From an uncultured Acidobacteriaceae bacterium (GTDB taxonomy: Bacteria > Acidobacteriota > Terriglobia > Bryobacterales > Bryobacteraceae), in assembly GCA_963795545.1 (NCBI GenBank), contig CAWCIF010000001.1, positions 601,365 to 665,364 on the forward strand: a stretch of DNA of 64,000 nucleotides, written 5' to 3'. The position numbers were made by a program, and so were the translations under genes. The notes under the pieces are model-generated. The model did no database searches, had not been told where the DNA came from, and was given only the letters and a program-made list of their open reading frames with translations. Positions 50,759 to 60,260 of this stretch are shown here, in pieces; the stretch's first letter is position 1, and each line of letters starts with the position of its first letter.

Positions 50759-52249
50759 TGTCGCTAGTATGTGATTTGTCCGGTTCAAATAATACGTGAA
50801 ATGTCCGCAACGACGCGCGGCAAGTAAAGCTGGGTGGTGGACGAAACCCAGCAGTACTCAGCCGCGGAGATGGAGCGGATGATGAAGATACAAGAAGTGC
50901 TGCTGAGGGCGATGGCCAAGAAGATCACTTGGTGGCAGGCGGCCGAGATCATTGGGGTGACAGACCGAACAATGCGGCGATGGCGGGAGCGAATCGAAGA
51001 GCAGGGGTACTCCGGATTGTCAGACGGACGCAAAGGAAAGCCGAGTCCGAGACGGGTGCCGCTGGCGACCGCCGAGCGGGTGCTAGGGCTGTATCAGGAG
51101 GTGTACTACGACCTGAACATGCAGCACTTCCACGAGAAACTACGCGAGGAGCATGGCATCGAGCTCAGCTATGCGTGGGTACAAAAAGCGTTGCAAGGGG
51201 CGGGGCTGGTGAAGAAGCGGCACAAACGCGGCACGCACCGGCGCAGACGGCCACGGCGGCCATTGCCTGGCATGTTGCTGCACATTGACGGGAGCAAACA
51301 TCGCTGGCTGAATGACGGCCGCTGGTATGACCTGATTGTAATTTTGGACGATGCCAACAGCGAAATTTATTATGCGCAATTGGTGGAAGAGGAATCCACG
51401 CGGACGGTGATGACCGCTTTGCGCCAGGTAATCGAGAAACAAGGATTGTTCTGTGCTCTGTACAGCGACCGTGGCAGTCATTTTTTCGTGACGCCGAAAG
51501 CCGGTGAAAAGGTGGACAAACAGCGCTTGACGCAAGTAGGCCGGGCGATGAAAGAGTTGGGAGTGGAAATGATCGCGGCCTACTCGCCGCAAGCGCGGGG
51601 ACGCTCGGAACGAAATTTCGGAACCTGGCAAGGGCGTTTGCCGCAGGAACTCCGGCTGGCAAAGATCAGCGCGGTAGAGGATGCGAACCGATTCTTGCGG
51701 GACCGTTATATCGCCGAGTTCAATGCGAAGTTTACGGTTGTGGCGCAGGAGAAAGGAACGGCCTTTTGCCGTTGCAGCCGGACTGATTTGGAGTGGGTAT
51801 TCACGACCCAGACCGAACGCGTAGTGGCGAAAGATAACACCGTCGCCATCGCCGCGCGGTCCTGGCAGCTGGACAAGACCCGATTCCGGCACACGTTGGC
51901 TGGCAGCACCGTAACCATTCACGAGCACCTGGATGGTTCCGTGTCAGTGCGCTACGGACCACACGTGGTGGGCCGCTTCAATCGCGATGGCAGCACGCGA
52001 AAAACGGCAAATACCAAGCGCGGTGGAAGAAGGCGGGAGCCTGGAAGCCGGCGAAAACCCAAAGCAGGTTTCCTCCGTCTCCCACACTCCCTTGGAAATC
52101 TCGCAAATGACGCGAGATTCCCACTTTCCCACCGCGCCGGCTGCTGTTGCTGGCGGTAAACGGAAAACAAGGGCGGCTCGCGCCGCCTAAACCTAAAACC
52201 GGACAGATCACGTATTAATAAAACCGGACATCTTGACTTATTACCGACA
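50759..52249 (+). mobile_element. insertion sequence, copy B (1491 bp), inverted relative to copy A
   Basis: Reverse complement of 11825-13314, with one extra G at 52029. Confidence 0.9.
50834..52159 (+). CDS. DDE (rve) transposase, 441 aa, C-terminal tail frameshifted relative to copy A
   Basis: Identical to the copy A protein up to ...KTANTKRGG, then a different frame. The copy A tail (GGSLEAGENPKQV...RAARAA) is encoded here in ORF 51933-52190. Confidence 0.85.
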   Translation: MVDETQQYSAAEMERMMKIQEVLLRAMAKKITWWQAAEIIGVTDRTMRRWRERIEEQGYSGLSDGRKGKPSPRRVPLATAERVLGLYQEVYYDLNMQHFHEKLREEHGIELSYAWVQKALQGAGLVKKRHKRGTHRRRRPRRPLPGMLLHIDGSKHRWLNDGRWYDLIVILDDANSEIYYAQLVEEESTRTVMTALRQVIEKQGLFCALYSDRGSHFFVTPKAGEKVDKQRLTQVGRAMKELGVEMIAAYSPQARGRSERNFGTWQGRLPQELRLAKISAVEDANRFLRDRYIAEFNAKFTVVAQEKGTAFCRCSRTDLEWVFTTQTERVVAKDNTVAIAARSWQLDKTRFRHTLAGSTVTIHEHLDGSVSVRYGPHVVGRFNRDGSTRKTANTKRGGRRREPGSRRKPKAGFLRLPHSLGNLANDARFPLSHRAGCCCWR

Positions 52250-52265
52250 TCATCAAAAATCAGAA
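52250..52265. repeat. right target-site duplication of IS copy B
   Basis: Perfect copy of 50743-50758. Confidence 0.85.
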
Positions 52266-52396
52266 GAACCAAGAAAAGAATCGAACTCGTCGTTAAGAAT
52301 TCACTTGGGGCTACTCAATATAATTGCGTAAGTGGCGATTGACCAAATCAGCGAGGGTCACATTGTGCCTGGCGGCGATGAAGTGATCGGCAAGCC

Positions 52397-54259
52397 TTGA
52401 TTACGCGTGGCAAGGTACTCTGCGGCGCCGTGTTCGGATTGCTGTTAGCCGTGGGGCTAGCAGGCTGGGCGAGGGCGACAGCCACCCTCGTACCCATTCC
52501 AATGGTCGCTTCGATGCCCCTGGGTATCGCTATCGCTTTGTTTGGGGCCGTACTCGTGTCATTAGGGGCGGCTCCGCAGCATGTTACGCAGGCCCTCGAT
52601 TCCGTGCTGCCGCATTCGACTTATATGGGATTTTCGATTCTCTGCGCGGGTGTTTCGATCGCCGACGGTTCCACTAGCGGGTTATGGTTAGTCTCCCCGA
52701 TCGTGATGTTGGGCTGCACAGCGCTAGTGCTCGGGTATAAACGGGGCGATTTTCCTGGGAGAATCGATTGCAACTCTCGACGTGTGCTGCCGAAGGGGGG
52801 GTCCGGACCGCCGAGAGGCCGGGAGCGTCTGGCTTGTTACAGCTTCGTGCTGCTGCCGTGGCTCATCACTTACGAGGCAATTGTCGTGCTGCGGACGCCA
52901 CCCAACGGCGTGGTCACGTTGCTGCCCTTCGAGCGTCATCTTCCGGTACTCGAATGGACGGAGGTGTTTTATGCAAGTACCTACATTGTGACGGGATTAG
53001 TACCGCTTTTCGCCAAAACTGGCAGCGACCTCCGAACCTTCTGCGTGCGCGGCCTTGGAGCAATGGCGGTCGCTTTTCCTCTTTACCTGATCGCTCCGAT
53101 GACATCGCCCTTCCGCCCGTTCACCGTGCACACAATTCTGGGCCGGCTGTTGTCGTGGGAGCGAATTCCGGACAGCCCTGCGCTGGCCTTCCCGTCGTTT
53201 CATGTGATTTGGGCCGTTTTAGCCGCCGAAGTTTTCGCGCGCCGCTGGCCCCGTGTGCGTTGGCTATGCGTCTGCTGGGCGCTGCTGGTCGCCGTGAGTT
53301 GCGTAACCACGGGGCAGCACGGAATTCTCGATGTACTGGGAGGATTGGCCACTGTCGCTCTAGTGGAGCGCGGCCTCGCATTATGGGAGGCGATCAGGAG
53401 CTGCGCCGAGCGCGCCGCCAACTCCTGGAGCGAGTGGAGAATTGGTCCGGTTCGCGTTCTAAATCACGGCGTTTACGCGGGCGCCGGCGCGAGCTTCGCA
53501 GTCTCGATTGCCGGAATGGCAGCAGGACGTGGGCATGAGCTAGTCATTCTCATCAGCGCAGCGGCGGTTGTGGCCGCGGCGGTTCTATGGACACGGCAAA
53601 CCGAAGAATCGCCGCGACGGCTGCGCGTCTTCGGCTTATACGGCGGCATACTGGGCGTTATGCTGAGTGCGCTGCTGGCGCCCGTGTTTAGCACCGACGC
53701 CTGGCTGGTACTTGCGGCGCTTTGCGTGGGCGCTCCGTGGGCACAAGCGTTGGGCAGGGTTGGCTGCCTCGTGCAGGGCTGCTGTTACGGCCGGCCGGCG
53801 CCCGCGTCAATTGGCATTCGCTACCTTCATCCGCGCTCGGGTGTTTGCCGGGTCACTACGTGGACCGGCGTGCCGCTTCACCCCACACCGGTTTACGCCA
53901 TTTTCTGGAACATCTTCGTGGCACTTGCGCTAACCCGCTTATGGGATTTACACACCGCCCTTCACCTGATTGCCGGGCTCTACTTTATTTTCACCGGCCT
54001 GGGGCAGTTTGTCGAAGAGGCCTGGCGAGGCGAACCGGACCTTCCAGTCTTCGAGCGGGTGCGGCCTCGCCAGTGGGTTGCCTTCGGAAGTGTCATCGCC
54101 GGAGCGCTTATAACGGGCCTCGGTAATGGCGGCTCGGCGCCAGCATTCCATTTCGCATGGCTTCCGCTGTTGCCCGCCGCGGCCTTCGGGCTGCTGGTTT
54201 GCGTTGCGATGGGGATTGATTTCCGGGCTTCTAATCGCCGCATTTCGGTCACACTGTGA
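52397..54259 (+). CDS. polytopic membrane fusion protein: PAP2-like phosphatase/transferase region + Lgt-like (prolipoprotein diacylglyceryl transferase family) C-terminal domain
   Basis: PAP2-type FPSFHVIW and TTGQHGILDVLGG in the middle. Lgt-family GRVGCLVQGCCYGRP and PLHPTPVYAIFWN in the C-terminal third. TTG start; an in-frame stop at 52379-81 limits the N-terminus. Confidence 0.6.
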   Translation: MITRGKVLCGAVFGLLLAVGLAGWARATATLVPIPMVASMPLGIAIALFGAVLVSLGAAPQHVTQALDSVLPHSTYMGFSILCAGVSIADGSTSGLWLVSPIVMLGCTALVLGYKRGDFPGRIDCNSRRVLPKGGSGPPRGRERLACYSFVLLPWLITYEAIVVLRTPPNGVVTLLPFERHLPVLEWTEVFYASTYIVTGLVPLFAKTGSDLRTFCVRGLGAMAVAFPLYLIAPMTSPFRPFTVHTILGRLLSWERIPDSPALAFPSFHVIWAVLAAEVFARRWPRVRWLCVCWALLVAVSCVTTGQHGILDVLGGLATVALVERGLALWEAIRSCAERAANSWSEWRIGPVRVLNHGVYAGAGASFAVSIAGMAAGRGHELVILISAAAVVAAAVLWTRQTEESPRRLRVFGLYGGILGVMLSALLAPVFSTDAWLVLAALCVGAPWAQALGRVGCLVQGCCYGRPAPASIGIRYLHPRSGVCRVTTWTGVPLHPTPVYAIFWNIFVALALTRLWDLHTALHLIAGLYFIFTGLGQFVEEAWRGEPDLPVFERVRPRQWVAFGSVIAGALITGLGNGGSAPAFHFAWLPLLPAAAFGLLVCVAMGIDFRASNRRISVTL

Positions 54260-54315
54260 AGGGCATCCGGCCTGACTCCTCCTGTGCCATACTCAAAGCA
54301 CATTGGGAGGCTTCC

Positions 54316-55581
54316 ATGCGTATTTTCTGGGCCGACCGCCGTTTCATTGTAGTCTCGGCATTTCTCACCCTGGGCTTTGGGCTTCAGCCCGCCTATCCGC
54401 AAGCTAAGGGTCCATCTGCGCCGGCTCCGGGCGCCAATGGCGGGAACGTACCTTCTCCCGGATCAGTCGGTGCGCCCTCTCGGGGAATCGGAAATATTCC
54501 GAATGGGACGACTTCGAACAACGGAACATTCGATAACGGCACGAATTATCCGCAACGCTCGATTTTTCTATCGGGAAAAGTCATGTTCGACGATGGGACC
54601 CCAGCGAATAGCGACATCCGCATCGAACGAGTGTGCGGCGCCAATCCCCGGTTCGAGGCCCATACCGATTCGAAAGGGCGGTTTTCTTTCCAGCTTGGTA
54701 ACAATGTGCTCGCGTCAGTTGACACAGATCCCGCGGATGCAGGGGGCGGCGGATTTGGGCCCCAAAACCGGCAGATCACCTCGCAAACGAATGGCTTGGG
54801 TAGGCAAAACGGCTTCAATCCGTACTGGAACTGCGAGTTGCGTGCTTCCTATCCGGGATACCGGTCCGATGTAGTGGAACTGTCAAGCCGCAGAGCGCTG
54901 GACAATCCGGATGTGGGCACCATCGTTCTTCACAGGCTGACAAACGTGAAGGGTACGACCATCAGCCTGACTTCGGCTCTTGCACCGAAGCGCGCTCAGA
55001 AGGATTACGAGAAAGGCCTTCAACTGGCCGAAAAGGGCAAATTCGAAGAGGCCGAGAAACATCTGCTGCAAGCAACGGATTTGTATCCGAAATTTGCGGT
55101 GGCATGGTTCGCGCTGGGGCAAGTGCAGGAAAAAGAAAATAAACCCGACGACGCGCGGAAATCTTTTCAGGCGGCCGCGGCGGCGGATAACAAATTCGTG
55201 AGCCCGTACGATCAGCTTGCGCTGCTTGCCGCCCGCGACCGGAAATGGGATGAAGCCGCAAACTACAGTAAGCAGGTGATTGACCTGAATCCGGTGGAGT
55301 TTCCGGCGGCATTCTGGTGCAACGCGGTAGCGAATTACAATCTCAAGAAAATAGATGATGCCCAGAAGAGCACACAGGAATTGCTGAAGCTGGACACCAG
55401 GCACCACTTTCCCGAGGCCGAGAGCATGCTGGCTCAAATCTATTTTCAGAAGGCCAATTACGAGCAAGCTGCTATTCACCTGAAGGCATACCTTGCATTG
55501 GTTCCCAACGCCAAAAATGCCGATGCGCTAAAGGCGGCATTGCTTAGAATTGAGCAGGCTAAGGCGGAAACGAAAAAGTAA
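54316..55581 (+). CDS. secreted CarboxypepD_reg-like + TPR-repeat protein
   Basis: ATG 54316 follows a GGGAGG SD sequence. Signal peptide, then SGKVMFDDGTPANSDIRIERVC..TDSKGRFSF, followed by TPR units (KDYEKGLQLAEKGKFEEAEKHLLQATDLYPKFAVAWFALG...). Confidence 0.75.
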   Translation: MRIFWADRRFIVVSAFLTLGFGLQPAYPQAKGPSAPAPGANGGNVPSPGSVGAPSRGIGNIPNGTTSNNGTFDNGTNYPQRSIFLSGKVMFDDGTPANSDIRIERVCGANPRFEAHTDSKGRFSFQLGNNVLASVDTDPADAGGGGFGPQNRQITSQTNGLGRQNGFNPYWNCELRASYPGYRSDVVELSSRRALDNPDVGTIVLHRLTNVKGTTISLTSALAPKRAQKDYEKGLQLAEKGKFEEAEKHLLQATDLYPKFAVAWFALGQVQEKENKPDDARKSFQAAAAADNKFVSPYDQLALLAARDRKWDEAANYSKQVIDLNPVEFPAAFWCNAVANYNLKKIDDAQKSTQELLKLDTRHHFPEAESMLAQIYFQKANYEQAAIHLKAYLALVPNAKNADALKAALLRIEQAKAETKK

Positions 55582-55606
55582 GTGGTGGGTCGGGCAGCCC
55601 CACCCC

Positions 55607-56929
55607 CTACTTCTTGGCTGACGTTGATGGCTTGATGGCCTTACTTGCGTCCAGCACGTCGTTTACTGCTTTTGCGTCGAGCTGATACAGCGCAGACTCA
55701 TTGTCCCGTCGAGCGATGTAGTCGGCCCCGACCTTAGCGAATTCGGCTTTCTCTGTTCGCTTGCCGTCATTTGAGCTGACACTGATGGTGAACTCTGGGG
55801 TAGTGAATCCGCTAGTGACGAACCCGGTTGCCGAAAGGTCCCGCAGCTTGTCGATAAAGGCCTGAACGCTGCCTGGGTCCATAACCTTGCCGTTCATCTT
55901 CCAATCGGTGCCGCTTCTGGCCAGGATCGTATCGCTCGAGCCTTGCTGAATCTCAATCTTAGTCAGATCGCTGAACCCGAAATCAAAAATCTTCTTGTTT
56001 CGAAAATCGTCAAGCGGCTTCTCGATTTCTTTCCCGAGATCGGAAGAGATCTTGTAGACACCCTTAACCACGCTGCTCTTCGCGTAGTAATCATCCTGGT
56101 TCTTGCGAACGTCAAGGGTCTCAGTGCCGCTTGCGTCGGTAACTTTAACCGTCCCCACCGGGTGGCCCGAGGCAAACGCAGAAGCTGACTTGCCGGCATC
56201 CGCGGCATTGCTGGAAAGATCCATCTTGGCGTCGGCCAGCTTGCGCAGCAGTTCCTCCACCTGAAAGCTGTCGGCGCGATACGGTTTTGGCTCCAAAATT
56301 TGCCAATCACCCTGGTTGTTTTTGCCGAATTCGATATTGGATTTGCTGGAAATGAGTTCCAGGCGCGTGAGCTTGTTGGTGTCAAACGTAAGCAGGCGCT
56401 TGTCACGCAGATCGTTTAGGGTCTTATCGAAAGAGCTCTTCACCGAAGAGGAGACGGCATAGATTTTAGGGCCCGAATTCACTGCGGCGTAAACAAGGGA
56501 GCCGGCGGGAACATTGTCGCCAAAGCGAATCTGTGCCGACTTGCCGTTCTTTTCATGCACCGTCACCGTCAGGCTGGGAGATTTCAGGCCGTACTTGCCA
56601 AGGTCTCGGGGCTGATCATCAACAACGCTGTCGGCCGTAACCGGACTAAGCGATGAAGCCACGCTTGTCACCGCATCCTGATCGGCCGGATAGGATTCAG
56701 GCGCGGTAATCACCCAGTTCCCGTTCTGGCGTTGGATATCGATCGCTGTGCCGTCCCTCTTTTTCAAATCAATGGATTGGATTTGAGCATCGGGAATATC
56801 GGCCAGCTTCGGGCTGGTGCTTGCGGTCGCCCCAGTGGCGCTGGGTTGAGGATGCTTTTTCGCCCACCAGACGATACCGCTGAGAGCAGCGAGAAGGATA
56901 GCTGCAATTAGTAAGTTCCGCGGCTTCAT
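55607..56929 (-). CDS. DUF4340-domain protein (accessory to GldG-type ABC system)
   Basis: N-terminal anchor MKPRNLLIAAILLAALSGIVWW and repeated beta-rich modules. It follows the GldG-like gene with a 1-nt gap. Confidence 0.6.
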   Translation of the reverse strand: MKPRNLLIAAILLAALSGIVWWAKKHPQPSATGATASTSPKLADIPDAQIQSIDLKKRDGTAIDIQRQNGNWVITAPESYPADQDAVTSVASSLSPVTADSVVDDQPRDLGKYGLKSPSLTVTVHEKNGKSAQIRFGDNVPAGSLVYAAVNSGPKIYAVSSSVKSSFDKTLNDLRDKRLLTFDTNKLTRLELISSKSNIEFGKNNQGDWQILEPKPYRADSFQVEELLRKLADAKMDLSSNAADAGKSASAFASGHPVGTVKVTDASGTETLDVRKNQDDYYAKSSVVKGVYKISSDLGKEIEKPLDDFRNKKIFDFGFSDLTKIEIQQGSSDTILARSGTDWKMNGKVMDPGSVQAFIDKLRDLSATGFVTSGFTTPEFTISVSSNDGKRTEKAEFAKVGADYIARRDNESALYQLDAKAVNDVLDASKAIKPSTSAKK

Positions 56930-56930
56930 C

Positions 56931-58328
56931 CTATCTCCGCTTTAGGAAGATCGCCACCCCGGCTATGATGATGATCAACGGAATTGCAATTAGGTCCGTG
57001 TAGGCGAAAACGTTCATCTGGCGCTGATTCACGTTCAAGCGCCTGTCCTCGGCTTCCTTTGGACGTATCGAAATAAGATCCTCGTCGGATGAGAGCCAGT
57101 TGACGGCGTTGAGAGCGAGATCCCGGTTTGCCTGGAAGCCGATCATGGCATTATCCAGAAAACCGGAACTGCCAATCACTACAAACCGGCCCTGATCATT
57201 CGGCTTTCCGGTGTTGTAAGTGCCGGCAGCTCCGAGAATAAACGGACCTTTTTTGTTAGACGGATTGTTGGGATTGACTTCGTTTGTGGTGAGATTCGTG
57301 GTTGCGATCGCGCGGTCGGAAGTGGAAAACAGCTTCTCAACCGTGGTTTTATCCCCGTTCTTGATCTGCATCGATCGCGCGACCGGGAATCCCGTGAAGC
57401 TGTTCTTCAGATCGCTGACGATTGGCTGCGTTCCATAGCTGCTGACCAGTGGAATCTCGGGCCCGAAGCCGAAGAGCTGACCCATCGGATTCTCTTCGAG
57501 AACCAGGTCGTTATCCAGCGTGATACCCCAGCTCTGAAGCAAGTCTTTGAGTCCGGTGTTTTCGGCAATATGTTCGTGACCAAAGTCGAGCGGCGGATCC
57601 AGCAGGAACATCACCCGGCCGCCGTTCTCAACGTAAGTCTTAATCGCTGTTACTTCGTTTGGTGTGTAATTGTTCTGCGGTCCCGCAACCACCAGAACGT
57701 TGCAGTCACTTGGAACGGCGGTCTTGTCGATCAGGGTGATGGCTAGCGACTGATAATTATCCCGATCGAGGAGAGTCTTGAACTGGGACAGGCCGTTGCT
57801 GCCGGTTTCATCCAGCGAGTGTTCCTGACTGCCGCTGACGACGCATACCCTGCGAACGCCTTTGAGGTCCTTGAGGAATGCGCCCGTGATACCTTCTTCG
57901 TTTAAAGATTTAGCTTCTTCGCGCCTGGGACCAATCTGGACGTAAGCCGTTCCGGGAAAGCGCAAGCCATACTCTTTGGCGACGGTGGGCTGTTTTTGGT
58001 AGTCGATATATTGAACGTGAACTTTCGATGAGAGGTTCTTATAACGATCAAGAATGCCCCGTGCCTGCTCGAAATTACTCGACTTATCGAAGTAAGTGAT
58101 CGTTGCGTCCTGCTTCAGGCCCTTAACCACTTTCTGTGTTTCCTGAGATAGCGTGAACCGTTTGTTGCTGGTAGTGTCAATGGTTTTGTTATACCGGTTT
58201 CCCAACCAGTTCACAAGCACCAGAATGGCAATGACAACAATGGTGTAAAGCGTGGCTGTCGCGCCAAAGCGCGCTTGCCTTCCACCCAGCATCTCTCTTC
58301 GCGTCTTTGCAACCGTTAGCTCTGGCAT
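56931..58328 (-). CDS. GldG-like ABC-transport auxiliary component (ABC_transp_aux)
   Basis: N- and C-terminal TM anchors. Contains NKRFTLSQETQKVVKGLKQDATITYF...RYKNLSSKVHVQYID.. characteristic of the family. Confidence 0.7.
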   Translation of the reverse strand: MPELTVAKTRREMLGGRQARFGATATLYTIVVIAILVLVNWLGNRYNKTIDTTSNKRFTLSQETQKVVKGLKQDATITYFDKSSNFEQARGILDRYKNLSSKVHVQYIDYQKQPTVAKEYGLRFPGTAYVQIGPRREEAKSLNEEGITGAFLKDLKGVRRVCVVSGSQEHSLDETGSNGLSQFKTLLDRDNYQSLAITLIDKTAVPSDCNVLVVAGPQNNYTPNEVTAIKTYVENGGRVMFLLDPPLDFGHEHIAENTGLKDLLQSWGITLDNDLVLEENPMGQLFGFGPEIPLVSSYGTQPIVSDLKNSFTGFPVARSMQIKNGDKTTVEKLFSTSDRAIATTNLTTNEVNPNNPSNKKGPFILGAAGTYNTGKPNDQGRFVVIGSSGFLDNAMIGFQANRDLALNAVNWLSSDEDLISIRPKEAEDRRLNVNQRQMNVFAYTDLIAIPLIIIIAGVAIFLKRR

Positions 58329-59096
58329 TTATGCTCTCCACCGCATGGATTCCAGGGAGCGAGCGGTCAGGAACAAGCCCAGGAAAATCATAGAAACGTA
58401 ATAGATAAGATCTTTCGTGTCGATCACCCCGCGCGAGAAGCTGTCCATGTGACTTACGATCGACAAATAGTTGAGAACCTGAACGGCAACGGAATTGCCG
58501 AACGAAGTGGTCCAGTTCAGAATCCAGAGCACTAATGCAAACGCGAAGCCGACGGCGCCGGCAACAATCTGATTGCGCGTTAGGGTCGAGATAAATGCCC
58601 CGAACGACAGCAGGCATGCGCCTTGCAGCACGATACCAAGAAATCCGGTAGCTACCGGTTTCCAGTCAGGGTTGCCGTACATGAACAGAAAGGAGTAATC
58701 GGCGGCGAGTACGGCCAGCAGCGCGCAATACATAAGCAAAGAAGCAAGCCATTTGCCGATGATGATCTCTAAATCGTGAACCGGAGACGTGATCAGGAGT
58801 TCGATGGTGCCCATCCGCTTCTCTTCCGCGAAGAGCCGCATACTGATGAGCGGGATGAGAAATAGGCCGACCACCGCAATATTTGAGAACAGAGGCGCAA
58901 TCACCTGCTCATTGATGTTCATCGGCATGGATTGCCCACTCATCTGGCCTTCAAGGGAATAGCGCACGAAACTGGCGCTGATGATATAGGTGAACACGCC
59001 GCTGAGGAACGCAAATATCGTGAGCAACACCCAGGCGATTGGGGAAACGAAATAGGAGTACAACTCGCGGCGGCAGATTGTCCAGATGTTTCTCAC
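58329..59096 (-). CDS. ABC-2 type transporter permease (GldF-like)
   Basis: 255 aa, 6 TM segments, with E..SYF.SPIAWV at the N-terminus. It abuts neighbouring genes with no gap. Confidence 0.75.
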   Translation of the reverse strand: MRNIWTICRRELYSYFVSPIAWVLLTIFAFLSGVFTYIISASFVRYSLEGQMSGQSMPMNINEQVIAPLFSNIAVVGLFLIPLISMRLFAEEKRMGTIELLITSPVHDLEIIIGKWLASLLMYCALLAVLAADYSFLFMYGNPDWKPVATGFLGIVLQGACLLSFGAFISTLTRNQIVAGAVGFAFALVLWILNWTTSFGNSVAVQVLNYLSIVSHMDSFSRGVIDTKDLIYYVSMIFLGLFLTARSLESMRWRA

Positions 59097-60118
59097 TGCA
59101 CGCCTCCGGCAACAACGTCCGGCACAATCCCTGATTCGGCCGGTGCACCGGTCGCGTGCTGGGGGTGCGAGCCAGTGAGCTCAAGAAAGATGTCTTCCAG
59201 AGTGAGGGTCGTCGATTTAAGCTCCAGCAAATTCCATCCGGCATTGACGATGGCGCGGGCGACTTCGGGCCTTGGATTCTGTCCCTGCAAGCTTTCGACC
59301 TCGTAAATGAACCGATCGCCGGCCGCGACCTTCTCAAGGACCTTGCTGACCCCCGGAACCTGTTCCAGCCGCTGCCGGACCGCGAGCTGGTCAGCACCCC
59401 CCGCAGTATCAACCTGGACCTGGATGGCAGAACTGACACTGCCGCGCGACTTCAAATTTTCGACGGAATCTGTCGCGACCAGCCGGCCCTTATCGATGAT
59501 GATGACCTTTTGGCACACTGCTTCCACCTCCGGCAGGATGTGGGTGCTAAGAATGATAGTGTGCTCGCCGGAAAGGCTCTTGATCAGTTCACGGGTTTCA
59601 TTAATCTGTTTCGGGTCGAGGCCGGAAGTAGGCTCGTCAAGTATAAGCACATCAGGATTGTGGATGATGGCCTGCGCAAGGCCGACGCGCTGGCGATAGC
59701 CCTTCGAAAGTTTTGAAATCAGCTTGTCCTTTACATCGGACACGGCGCAGCGTTCCATAACCTGCTCCGTCCTGTTCTTGATTTCCGCGCCTGGCATATT
59801 CTTCAGGCGGGCGACAAACGCGAGGTAATCCTGAACGCCCATCTCTGGATAGAGCGGCGGTGCTTCCGGCAGGTAGCCGATGTGCTTTTTCACTTCGTAG
59901 GGCTGCTCGAATACATCAAATCCCGCCACCCTGGCCTTGCCTGACGTCGGCGGCATGAAGCACGTCAGAATTCGCATCGTGGTGGTCTTGCCGGCCCCAT
60001 TAGGCCCCAGAAAACCAACGATGTCACCCTTCTCGACCGAAAACGAGATGTTGTTCACGGCCACATGACGCGCATATCTCTTCGATAAACCTTCAACCTG
60101 AATCATATGGTTTGACAA
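59093..60118 (-). CDS. ABC transporter ATP-binding protein (GldA-like)
   Basis: Walker A GPNGAGKTTT, signature LSKGYRQRVGLAQA, Walker B LILDEPTSGLD. 4-nt overlap with the permease gene. Confidence 0.9.
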   Translation of the reverse strand: MSNHMIQVEGLSKRYARHVAVNNISFSVEKGDIVGFLGPNGAGKTTTMRILTCFMPPTSGKARVAGFDVFEQPYEVKKHIGYLPEAPPLYPEMGVQDYLAFVARLKNMPGAEIKNRTEQVMERCAVSDVKDKLISKLSKGYRQRVGLAQAIIHNPDVLILDEPTSGLDPKQINETRELIKSLSGEHTIILSTHILPEVEAVCQKVIIIDKGRLVATDSVENLKSRGSVSSAIQVQVDTAGGADQLAVRQRLEQVPGVSKVLEKVAAGDRFIYEVESLQGQNPRPEVARAIVNAGWNLLELKSTTLTLEDIFLELTGSHPQHATGAPAESGIVPDVVAGGVQ

Positions 60119-60260
60119 GGAAGACTAGGATCAACAGGGTAGGTGAACCCGTCTTCGGCTGTAACGCTTGAAAACAACAGAATAGAGACTGAGAGAATCG
60201 CTGTCAATTATGACGAGCGAACACCTGGGGCTGTTAGCGAACCGTCAACTTACAAAGCTT

